Assembly (NCBI RefSeq): GCF_022045235.1
Contig: NW_027266297.1
Coordinates: 23,312,001 to 23,376,000, forward strand
DNA length: 64,000 nt
From: Haliotis cracherodii
Lineage: Eukaryota
Direction: 5' to 3'
A program made the position numbers and the translations under genes. Positions 38,234 through 51,200 of the stretch are shown here, piece by piece; position 1 is the stretch's first letter, and the number at the start of each line of letters is the position of its first letter. The notes below the pieces were generated by a model. That model had not been told where the DNA came from. It searched no databases and worked only from the letters and a program-made list of their open reading frames with translations.

Positions 38234-39229
38234 TATGTTAAGCGTAATCTTTTCTAGGCCAATGTGTACAAATCAAGAATCGATATTGGCCTGCCGCCAT
38301 CGGGAATAGTATATTTTTGTATAAATGTACGTACCTGCACATGCACATGTTTTAGTTTGGAAGCACTACTGCTACAGTGTACCGCCTGTTTGTGAGGTTC
38401 TGGTAGCAGATAGAGGGGACAGTCAGTCAAATAAACCGTGTGAATGTTGCATCATATATATGTATGATAAATGGGTCTGAGGCGGTGGGGTAGCTCAGCT
38501 AGTGCTCAAAAAGCTGGGTCGTCACGCTGAAGGCCTGTGTTCAACTCTCCACATGGGTACAATGCGTAAAGCCCATTTATGGTGTGCCTCGCCGTGATAT
38601 TGCTAAACACGACTAAGCCACTAGCCACAAACTGGAGAAAGCGTCACTACCACGATGTTCACAGACCATACTATACAATTTGTTGACTTAGTTGACACTT
38701 AGCATTTTTTGTAGACATTACAACTATTTATATTTGTTTATTAATGAACGGGATAAAGCTCAGCTGACGTGAAGTTTGCTAAGCACAATGCAAATTTTAA
38801 TTAATTTTATTGATACAATGTTGATCCATAAGTGTGTGGCTCAACCGTTTTTTGTTCATAAGAATTTACGCCGTTCGTTTTCGATTGATGCAAGGTTTTC
38901 TATCAACTTATATGTCCGAAGCGGGTCGCTCAAACATGTTGTAACCTGCATTTCAAAGCAAGTCTAGTCAAACGCATGACAGGAAGCACGTTTTTACATT
39001 GTTTTGCAGCTGTAGCAATCTAACATTTATATACTCAGATTAGAATATTCACGAATCATATGAGCGTGAACTAAGGAAGTGCGAAAATGTGAAACTGATG
39101 GCTACGATGTCAAAACATGACTTCCGGATACAAATGGCATGCTGTCAAAACAACAATACATGAACTAGGCTAGAGTGGGGATGAGCAGCTAACCCATTTT
39201 CTTGATTGATAAACTTCATTGCTTCCACT

Positions 39230-42200
39230 ATGGCCGACGAACTCTTTTCTAAACGGCTACCTGTTGTCGTCAAATCAACCGACAGAGAAGAAAGGTTTGT
39301 GTGTTTCACACTTTTTGCCAAAACACCTGAATCTCTATAATTTGTTTCCATAGAGCTACGCAGGCCATTCAACTGTATCATCAGCTGATCATTACTGTTT
39401 GTGTTGAACAGTATTGTCAGTGATGACTTAAATCAATTTTGGATGGTGTGAGCATGAACACATTTTATTAGGAGTATGATGACAAACTAATACAGCCAGG
39501 GCGATGTTTGTTGTGGTTTGAGAAAGTTAATCTCGATGAACTTACATCAGTTTTCATCTGTTCCTAATGGTGCTATTTTTGTTATTGGAAACTATAAGTA
39601 TCAATATATAAATGGAATATCCATATGCATGTTTGGAATGTGTATATAATGTCCATTTCCAGTGATAAAATAAGTCGGGGGCACGGATGGCCCAGTCGTC
39701 TAAGGTGCCGCGATTCGCTGTGCAGAGTTGCGTCCCTTGGGCACGCCAGAAACCTATGATTGTGGGTTCGAATCCCAGTTCACCCCGATTATGTTTCTAG
39801 GTTTGTCAGCACCATACCTGTGCTCGTGGGTTTCACCGAAGTGGTAAACATCTGAGACCTGCATCACTTCGGGCTTTCCTCCCACATTAAGCTGACACGC
39901 CGTGATATAACTGGAATACTGTTAAAAGCGGCGTTAAACCCAACTCACTCACTCACTCATGATAAGATAAGTCAGGATGATTTGGCTACACATACGGCTA
40001 AGCCTTTTTTCCATGTAATGCAAATCAAAAGTGAATATTGTGTGAAACATGTTACCCTTAGTTCCTAATACAAACATAGATCTACACATTAATAACATAT
40101 TTGTTTGAACATGAGTTTTAATCAGGGTATCAATACAATTCTCTGAAATTCACTGTGCACATTTTTAGTATTCTTTTTCAGTATTCTTTTTCGTTGGTAT
40201 TGACATTGAAGTTGTGAATAAAACCTGACACTATTTTCATTTCAGAAAAGTTTCACTCCACCTACGAATGGAACTGCAAGCAATAACATCTCCATTACAT
40301 AGAAAAGTAAGTTTCCAGGAACACTTTATTGTGAGATCTCTTTACTGGGCATCACACTTGACTGTTTGTTTTGTAATTAATGGTGTTTTCTTTCATTGCT
40401 TTTGGAGTATTGTTTGTTTATATACAGTACTGGGGGCACGATGGCCCAGTCAACTAAGGCGCCACGATTTTATGTGCAGAATTGCGTCTCTTGGGCATGC
40501 CAGAAATCTATGATTTTGGGTTTGAATCATGGTTCACCCCAATTTGTTTCTAGGTTTGTCTGCACCATACCCGTGCTTGTGGGTGTCACCTGAATGGTAA
40601 ATGTCTGAGACATTCCTCCCACATTAAGCTGACACGCCGTGATATAACTGGAATACTGTTAAAAGCGGCGTTAAACCCAACTCACTCACTCACTATAAAC
40701 AATATTACTATTGATACAGATATTGATATGTCAATCTTATAATCATGATAATTCTTTCCTGCTTTGATCATGTTGATGGTACTTGAAACTTTCGCATTCT
40801 ATTTCAGTCTCATGTAACAAGAGTATCATTGTCGGTTTCCCATGTTTCACATGTTTCAGGAGCTAGTTGTCAGACTCACAGATGAAAGTGACTTATTTTT
40901 CCTGTACACTCTCAGACTTGGAGAAGAGGACTTTCAGAGGTAAGACCTCACACAGTATGAAAATAGCAGCAAAATACAAACCCACTGTCAACATGGACAT
41001 GCATTGACCTAAAGCATGTTATGTATAATTTCTGATAATAGTGTTGAATACTTCTTCCACCATGACATGCCCTTGAGTGGACACTCAGGCCTGCGCCTCA
41101 AGCTGTGTCTCCCATCTTGTCGGGGCGGTCAGGTAGCCTAGTGGTTAAAGCGTTCGCTCGTCACGCCGAAGACCTGGGTTCGATTCCCGACATGGGTACA
41201 ATGTGTGAAGCCCATTTCTGGTGTCCCCCGCCGTAATATTGCTGGAATATTGCTAAAAGCGGCGTAAAACCATACTCACACACTCACCCATCTTGTCCAT
41301 GGGTGAAGAAAATGCACAAATCTTCTCGAATCCAAGAATACTTTTCTGGAATCTTTAGGTTAAACCTTCTTCTCTGTGTTTGTTTTTAATGCCATTGAAT
41401 GAATTAATTATAGAAACATATGATTTTTATCATCATTTTGCAGCCTAAAAATACAACAGGGACTTCTGGTTGATTTCGGTGCTTTCCCCCAGAAGTTCAT
41501 TGACCTGTTGGAGATGTGTGTGAGGGAGGAACACAAGGACGTCCCTAAGTATGTCCTTGAAAGAAGAGATGCCACATTGATCTGCCGTTTTCACTCGTTT
41601 TAACCACACTTTTGTTGTTGAAATTGCCATTAGTTTGAAACAGGCAATTAATAGAGAGAAAGAAGGCTAGTTGTCGGTTGTATAAATATGTCTATAGCTT
41701 TAAAATTGCCATTTTCTTTTGGCCAAAAAAGAACTATATGCACTAATTCAGTTGGAGAAAGGGACTGGTTGAATGTTCATTTGTGAAACATTGGCTTGAT
41801 GTGCATGTATTACCATTGTGCTGCTGTCTCTCCGATCATGAACCATGAAGCCAGTTTCCAATGTACTTGTATCTTGGTATGCATACTTTATTCTGATACT
41901 GATATTACTTTCCTATGTTGTTATCAACTCTCCCAAACAATCTGGGGCGGCCTTTTGGTTAAAGCGTTTGCTCGTCACACCAAGGACCTGGGTTCTATTC
42001 CCCACATGGGTACAATGTGTGAAGTCCATATTGGTGTCCCCCGCCGTGATATTGCTGGAATATTGCTAGAAGCAGTGTAAAACCAAACTCACTCACCCAA
42101 ATAGTTGGATGTGTCCAGACTCAATTATTTACAGACCGCCGTCATATAGCTGGAATATTACTGAGTGTGGTGTTAAGAGGTGAGGTGAAATTGGGTTTAA

Positions 42201-45200
42201 CCTCGTGTCCAAGATTATTGCACTTATATAGTGACGTGCATGCACGTGTGTGTGTGGCTGCTTGTACTAGTCCAGACTGATGACGATTTATAGTGCTAGC
42301 ACACTGAGATACCATGCCACAGTTTAACATGAATACCCCACTCAGACACAGTATTCTGACTCCGAGCCGACCAGTCCTTGTTTTAGCCCCTTAAGGCCGA
42401 GCGCCAGACAGGGTAACAACAAGTACCGTGTTTTAACATCTTTTGGTATGACGCGGCCGGGGATCGAACTCTTGACCTTCCGCTCTCCGGGCGGACGCTC
42501 TACCACAAAACCATGGAGGCTGTCTCGGTGTTAAGAACAAGAAACAGAAACAGTCACTGACTGCTATGCTGTAAATACTTTTGTCCAGTTCGGGGGCACA
42601 ATACAGAGGATGCGTTTGTAGCGGCCATAACATTTTTGAGTCCTGTGATTCTAATCAAGGTCAGATGCCTTGTCCACATGATCCATCCCACGTTGAACAT
42701 CATGAGCCAAAGAATACCTTTTCACACACAGAAGTGTTGACTGTGTACATCAAGTGTCACTGACAATGCTGGGAAGGTTTAAGCCCACTTTGAGTTACAG
42801 TACAGAGAGTGCCTTTGTTAATGGTATGTTCTGCTTGTTTTAGATTCATTCTGCAGTTTGTGAGTCAAGGGTCGATGTCTGAAAAGGTGACAGGGATGTT
42901 AAACATTGTAGAAACAAATCCATTCAAGCATCTGACCCATCTGTCACTGAAGTTCATCCCTGGGCAGGATGCTGACGTCAAGAAGTACCTAGCAGACTGC
43001 CTCAAGCAGCTGAAGGTGGATACCGTATTTACTTTTGTTATACCTCTATAAAGAATCTTGTAATTCCATTGGTTATACCACATACCACATGACGAAACAA
43101 CACATTTCAATGTCCACCCCAAATCACGTGACTGACACTGACCTCGAATATTGACTTTTCTCATGATCAGTACTTCCTAGTCACATAGTGAATATTGACT
43201 CGTCTGCAAGAAAACAAAATAGCGTCTGGTCATAGCATTTCACTGTAATGAAGCAAAGGATGGTTTAAAGGCTTCGTAAACTTAAGTGGCTTTCGATGTA
43301 ACAAAATACATGATTACTCTGGACAAAGTCAATATGCAAAAACAAGGACTGGACCCCTTCCACAGCCTCAGTCTGGTGGGACCACTTCAGGGGTCGGGTC
43401 CTTGGGTCCTTGTTTTCACATATTGCCCTAGTCAGGAGTAATTAATTGTTTAATGTATACGGCAAAGACATTTCCGTGACCAAGTAACACTGTAAAAGCA
43501 TGTCAACTATGTGCAGTCATTTATTAAAGTGTTCATTGTGTATTTGGCCTAATGTTTGCAATCTAATTTATTAATTTATTCACAATTTCATTCGTTATTG
43601 TTCACATTAATTTTGGCTAAACTGTCCGTGTACTAATTGCCAGATTGCACCTACTCAAAGTTACTTACAGCAAACACCCGATTAGTGTTTGATTGATGAT
43701 ACTTGGATACGAATGGCCTCCCTGACAAGTGTTTGATGCCTGTTGTTCCAGGAGACGAACGGCCTGCTGCAGCAGAGGTTGGAGCACACTCATGGAGATC
43801 TGTCCCAGAGATTGCAGGCAACACAGGAAGTACGTTTTGCCATGCTTTTGTGAATTTAATTTTGTTTTTGCAGAGGTGCTTTATTTTTACACACAAAGCC
43901 AAAATATTGCCACTTTAAAAAAGACATCTTGTACAATTCCATCTCCCAAATGATATTGTGATATTTATATCGGTATGTCATGTTCCTCACTCCCAGTAGG
44001 TGGGAGACCCATGAAGATCCTGGGTAGAATAGGTCTTCAGGAACCCATGCTTGCTGTAAAAGGCGACTATGCTTGTTGTAAGTGGCGACTAATGGGATCG
44101 GGTGATCAGGTTCACTGACTTGGTTGATGCATGTCATCGTATTCCAATTGTGTGGATCGATGCTCATGATTGTTATTCACTGGATTGTCTGGTCCAGACT
44201 CAATTTTTTACAGACCACCGTCATATAGCTAGAATATTGCTGAGCGAGGTGTTAAACAACAAACCAGCCAACCAACCAATCCAGTAGGTGGGGCAGTCGG
44301 GTAGCTTAGTGGTTAAAGCGTTCCCTTGTCACTTCGAAGACCAGGGTTCGATTCCTGACATGGGTACAATGTGTGAAGCCCATTTCTGGTGACCCCCGCC
44401 GTGATATTGCTGGAATATTGCTAAAAGTGGCATAAAACCATACTCACTCACACCCAGTAGGCCCCCATGACAATGTGGGTTAGAATAGGTCTTCAGGAAC
44501 CCATGCTTACTGTAAAAGGCGACTATGCTGTCATAAGAGGTGACTAACGGGATCGGGTGGTCAGGCTCGCTGACTTGATTGATGCATGTCATCGTATTCC
44601 AATTGCGTGGATTGATGCTCATGATGTCAATCACTGGATTGTCTGGCCCAGACTGGATTATTTATAGACTGCTGTCATATAGCTGGCATACTGCTGAGTG
44701 TGACGTTAAACTACAAACAAACACTCCCAGTAGGCAGATTATAATTCTTGAATTTGTGTGAAATGTTACGTTATCCATGCAGTCTCTGGCGTCCAAGTCA
44801 TTGGAGTTGGAGAGTCTGAAGACTGAGTGGACCTCCAGGTTGTCAGAGGTTACATCAAGGCACAAAGAAGAAATGGCATCTGAGAAGGAGCGCTCGCTTC
44901 AAGTGAGTCCTGGGTTGTGTTGGTCAAGGATATTGAAAAAATCCTCTGATCAGACTTGTTTACATCAGAAAACTGGATAGATGTCAGCATATATAATGAA
45001 TGTTTAGATCTGTGGAAATTCTGGGGTAGAATTGGTATCGTCATCCAATGCTTGTAACAGCTGTGTGTCATCAGATGATCAGAATGTAGGATGCTGCTCA
45101 TGATATCAACCACTGGTTTATCAGCCCCAGACTACAATATTGAAGAGTTTAGATTTAGGATTTGGTACAAAAGGGACTTGGTCATGGTGTTAAACTATGA

Positions 45201-48200
45201 TTCACATGTTTGGATCTGACATGACAGAATAAATGTTCAACTATTCCAGTCTTGACCGGACAAACCGGTGTTTGATCGCAGGAACAGATTGAGGCCAAAT
45301 TTTAATCTGGAAAACCTATGAAGCTTTGAATCAAATTACTTGCTAACAGACCCATGGGGACTTCATGTAAAAATGTCCCCAACACCCTGTGCTGGTAATG
45401 GTTAGTGGATCGGGTGGTCAGGCTCAGTGATTTGGTTGATAACGTGTCATTGTACATTGTACATTGACAGTGTGGATAGTTGCTCATTATATCATCACTG
45501 GCTTGTATGGTCTATGATTATTTAAAGGTAATCACAATATGGCTGGGATATTGCTGAGTGTGGTGTTAATTCAATAAACTGTTAGATCAGAATAACAACT
45601 CATGCTTGCTGTAAAAGGTGTCTATGCTTGTCATAAGAGTCGACTAACGGGATTTGGTGGTCAGACTTGCTGACTTGGTTGATGCATATCATCGTATCCC
45701 AGTTGCGTGGATCGATGCTCATGAGCTCAATCACTGGATTGTCTGGTCCAGAGTTGATTATTTACAGACCGCCATCATATAGCTGAAAATTGCTGAGTGC
45801 AGCGTTAAACAACAAACAAACCAAACCTAGATCAGAATAATGCCCAGTGGTGACACAAAGATGTCTTGCTTCAGTGTCATTCATTCATTACATTCAGTTA
45901 CAAGCATGTACCTGCGCACACAGCAGCTCTCAGAACCAGTCTAACATCTAACGGCCCTTCCCTTGCAACCTGACCCGTGAAGATTCCGGGGTAGAATAGG
46001 TCTTCAGCAACCCATGCTTGTCGTAAAAGGTGACTATGCTTGTTTTAAAAGGCGACTAACAGGGTCGGGTGGTCAGGCTCACTGACTTGGTTGATGCATG
46101 TCATCGTATCCCAATTGCGTGGATTGATGCTCTTGACATTAATCACTGGATTGTCTGGTCCAGACTCGAATATTTACAGAATATTTCTGAGTGCGGCGTT
46201 TAACAACAAACCAAATCCCTTGCAAACTACCTCATGTACGTCACACATACAATCACTCACAGAATGAAGTGTTGCCCTCGCGAGATCTTGTTATGTATTA
46301 CAAACTAACTATAACTTTTAGCAAAACAAACAAAACACATTTGAATTTGATCATGATCCAGACACAAAAGCTCAGGGAGCTATGTTGTATGTTGCAGATA
46401 CAGGGCGGCCTTCAGCAACGGTTTGACCGAGAGAGAAAGGAACTAGAGCAGGCCCATGCCAAGATAGTCAAACAGCTGGACAACAGACTCTATGAAGTGG
46501 AAGGGGTCAGCAAGGTCAGGGGTCATGGTCACACGGGGAACTTAATCATGCATCAGTGAGGATTTTGGGAGCAGACTGAAGATTTAACCACTCACTTCCA
46601 ATCAATATTTGACAGAATGGTTTGATAAAACCTCTGGGATATTTAATGTACAGTTTACTGCAATGCTTAGTTTCTGATTGTCTTCACCTTGCTGTTGGCG
46701 TTTGTACGTTCCAGCTGTTACACTTCATTTTCCATTTCAGGATCTGACAGACAGGAAATACAAATCCGAGTCGACAGTCCGAGAACTGAAATCGAAACTG
46801 TCAACACTGGAGGAGGAACACACACGAGCCAAACAGGATGTACAGACACTGCGGAAGCAGAACTCCAGCATGGACTCCGACTTCCACGAGCAGGGCAAGC
46901 TGGTCAACCAGCTCCAGACACGGATCGCTGTCCTGGAACAGGAACTCAAGGATAAGGAACAAGTGCTCTCCAAGTCTTCCGATCTTCTTGGGTCCGAACA
47001 GGAGAAGAAGGTCGTTGTTGTCAGGTTGCCTTGTTCTTCACTTTCTCTACTTAGTTTCTAAGTCATCAGATTTTCAAAAGACGAAGGTCGTTGTGAGGTT
47101 CCTTTTTTTCAGTTTCTCTACTTGGTTTCCAAGCATTTCTTTCTTCTCAGGTCCAAACAGGAGAAGAAGGTCGTTGTTGTGAGGTTGCCTTGTTCTTCAC
47201 TTTCTCTACTTAGTTTCTAAGTCTTCAGATTTTCAAAAGACGAAGGTCGTTGTGAGGTTGCCATGTTCTTCAGCTTTTCTGCTTGGTTTCCAAGTCTTCC
47301 TATCTTCTCGGGTCCAAACATACATAAAGCTGTCACACTGAAATATGACTTATGTTAAATTCATATCATAAAAAATTTAGGCTATTTTGTTGGATTATTT
47401 TGCAGAAATACCTCTTGTCTGTTAATCAAGATGAATTGAAAATATACATGTGATGTACCGGTGGTCACTTTGTTCCAGAGGAAGTATGAGGAAGACTTGG
47501 ACAGGAAGCACAAAGACGTCAGTAAGCTGGAGGGCAAGGTCAAGGCCATGTCGGAGGAGCTGATGAAGGGCAATGAGATCATAAAGAAGTTGCAGGAAGA
47601 GGTCAAGAGCAATCGGGCAAAGGTGAGATGCTCTTCCTGTCAGGGCTCTTGTGTGCCTCAAGTTCAGATACCCGGACAATACAGTGTCCATCTGCAAATT
47701 GAAATTACATAAGGCGGAATATATACAGATGGCTTGTTCTAAGGAATGTGGCAACTGTTATTGGGTGATGAAGTGTGCTAACTGGGTATCAACGTTTTCA
47801 CTGTGGTCTAAGAGTAAACAAAATTTAATGGTGTTGTATCAATGACACTGTCTGGCCAACTCTTTGACTAAATGGATAACATGAGTGAGATGGTACCTTA
47901 TATAGTAACCCTACTGGACACAGGACTCGTGGGGAGTTGGGTTGGAATAGGTCCCTGGCAACCTATGCAGGTTGTAAGAGGAAATTGGATGGATCAGGTG
48001 ACAAGGCTTGGTGACTTGGTGTAAAGCATGTCATTATAACCCAGCAGTGTGGATGTTGCTTATGATATCAGTTACAGTATTGTCTGGTTCAGACTTTATT
48101 AATTACAGGTGTTTATTAATACTGACTGGATGAGATGTGTAAGACAATGATATAATGGCTCAAAACTCCATACTTCCAGGCTAGTTTGGCAAGGGTGGAA

Positions 48201-51200
48201 ACTGGTCTTTCATGGTGTGTTAACTCCCTTCCCTCGGGAAGTTGCTTTTGTTCAGGCAGATAAACGTGGCGCCTTGTTTGTTGTTTCTGGACTACCCCCT
48301 GCGATTGTTGCAGGTGAAGTTGCGGACGCAGATTGCAACGGAGCAGGAGAAGCTGTTGGGGGAGAAGGACCAGGAGTTGGAGAAGATGCGGCAGGACCTG
48401 GCTGTCACCAAGGACAGTCTCAAGACCACAGGGGACGAGGTAGGGCTGCTTTGTAAACGTGGCTGGGAACATGTGTCCAATTGAAAGTTCTGATTCATAA
48501 ACAAATAATTAAATGTAATAGACTTAAGGAGGAGGATATTTTCTTCAGATTCTTAGTTTAGTAAGCTTTGGTGTGGTATTGTTAACTCAATACTCCCTGC
48601 AGCTAGCTATAATGTGAACATTTTACTGATATTTGAAAGTTTCCATTTAAGTAGAATATGTGCCAGTGACATTACTCTTACAGCTGAAAGATATTGGTTT
48701 GGTTAAAGTTATTTTGTTTTTGTTTTTTAGAATAGACGACTTTCAGAAAGTGTTGAAACAACCACAAAGAAATTGGAAGAAAGTCGCCAGCTGCTAAAAA
48801 CAAATGAGAATGGTATGATACTATTTTTTATGAATATTTGCTGTATGACCTTATTCATAAGTAAACCATCTGTTGTCACACTAATATGTTGTTTTCTTGT
48901 GTCTGACATGTCAATATTGTCGCAGGAACAATAATAATTAGATGTGTCTGGATCTACAGATGTTGTGCCATTATTTTGCTAATTGTTTCCATCTCAACTG
49001 CAGTGATACAGTGGTTGAACAAACAGATCAACGAGCAGCAGCTGACCCATCACAGGGTCGGGGCGTTCGAGATGCCCTCTGCAGCATCAACCATGGTCAG
49101 GCCTGGGGGCACAGCACTGGTATGTAAATGTCAGGCTAGGGGGCACAGCACTGGTATGTAGATGTCAGGCCTGGGGGCACAGCACTGGTATGTAAATGTC
49201 AGGCTAGGGGGCACAGCACTGGTATGTAGATGTCAGGCCAGGGGGCACAGCTCTGGTATGTAGATGTCAGGCCAGGGGGCACAGCACTGGTATGTAGATG
49301 TCAGGCCAGGGGGCACAGCTCTGGTATGTAGATGTCAGGCCAGGGGGCACTGGTATGTAGATGTCAGGCCAGGGGGCACAGCACTGGTATGTAGATGTCA
49401 GGCCAGGGGGCACAGCACTGGTATGTAGATGTCAGGCCAGGGGGCACAGCACTGGTATGTAGTTGTCAGGCCAGAGGGCACAGCACTGGTATGTAGATGT
49501 CAGGCCAGGGGGCACAGCACTGGTATGTAGATGTCAGGCCAGGGGGCACAGCACTGGTATGTAGATGTCAGGCCAGGGGGCACAGCACTGGTATGTAGAT
49601 GTCAGGCTAGGGGGCACAGCACTGGTATGTAGATGTCAGGCCAGGGGGCACAGCACTGGTATGTAGATGTCAGGCCAGGGGGCACAGCACTGGTATGTAG
49701 ATGTCAGGCCAGGGGGCACAGCACTGGTATGTAGATGTCAGGCCAGGGGGCACAGCACTGGTATGTAGATGTCAGGCCAGGGGGCACAGCACTGGTATGT
49801 AGTTGTCAGGCCAGGGGCACAGCACTGGTATGTAGATGTCAGGCTAGGGGGCACAGCACTGGTATGTAGATGTCAGGCCAGGGGCACAGCACTGGTATGT
49901 AGTTGTCAGGCCAGGGGGCACAGCACTGGTATGTAGATGTCAGGCCAGAGGGCACAGCACTGGTATGTAGATATCAGGCCTGGGGGCACAGCACTGGTAT
50001 GTAGATGTCAGGCCAGGGGGCACAGCACTGGTATGTAGTTGTCAGGCCAGGGGCACAGCACTGGTATGTAGATGTCAGGCCAGGGGGCACAGCACTGGTA
50101 TGTAGATGTCAGGCCTGGGGGCACAGCACTGGTATGTAGATGTCAGGCCAGGGGGCACAGCACTGGTATGTAGATGTCAGGCCAGGGGGCACAGCACTGG
50201 TATGTAGATGTCAGGCCAGGGGGCACAGCACTGGTATGTAGATGTCAGGCCAGGGGGCACAGCACTGGTATGTAGATATCAGGCCTGGGGGCACAGCTCT
50301 GGTATGTAGATGTCAGGCCAGGGGGCACAGCACTGGTATGTAGTTGTCAGGCCAGGGGGCACAGCACTGGTATGTAGATGTCAGGCCAGGGGGCACAGCA
50401 CTGGTATGTAGATGTCAGGCCAGGGGGCACAGCACTGGTATGTAGATGTCTGGCCAGGGGGCACAGCACTTGTATGTAGATGTCAGGCCAGGGGCACAGC
50501 ACTGGTATGTAGTTGTCAGGCCAGGGGACACAGCACTGGTATGTAGATGTCAGGCCAGGGGGCACTGGTATGTAGATGTCAGGCCAGAGGGCACAGCACT
50601 GGTATGTAGATGTCAGGCCAGGGGGCACAGCACTGGTATGTAGATGTCAGGCCAGGGGGCACAGCACTGGTATGTAGATGTCAGGCCAGGGGGCACAGCA
50701 CTGGTATGTAGTTGTCTGGCTAGGGGCACAGCACTGGTATGTAGTTGTCAGGCCAGGGGGCACTGGTATGTAGATGTCAGGCTAGGGGCACAGCACTGGT
50801 ATGTAGTTGTCAGGCCAGGGGGCACAGCACTGGTATGTAGTTGTCAGGCCAGGGGGCACTGGTATGTAGATGTCAGGCCAGGGGGCACAGCACTGGTATG
50901 TAGTTGTCAGGCCAGGGGTACAGCACTGGTATGTAGATGTCAGGCCAGGGGCACAGCACTGGTATGTAGATGTCAGGCCAGGGGGCACTGGTATGTAGAT
51001 GTCAGGCCAGGGGGCACAGCACTGGTATGTAGATGTCAGGCCAGGGGGCACTGGTATGTAGATGTCAGGCCAGGCAAGACTGGTATGTAGATGTCAGGCC
51101 AGGGGGCGCAGCTGTGGTATGTAGATGTCAGGCCAGGGGGCACAGAACTGGTATGTAGATGTCAGGCCAGGGGGCACTGGTATGTAGATGTCAGGCCAGG

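Noticed and set aside
41122-41200. tRNA-Asp gene (and tRNA-Leu-like sequence at 39677 and 29530)
   Set aside because: These are SINE heads: there is no proper acceptor stem, and they continue into SINE body and tail with TSDs.
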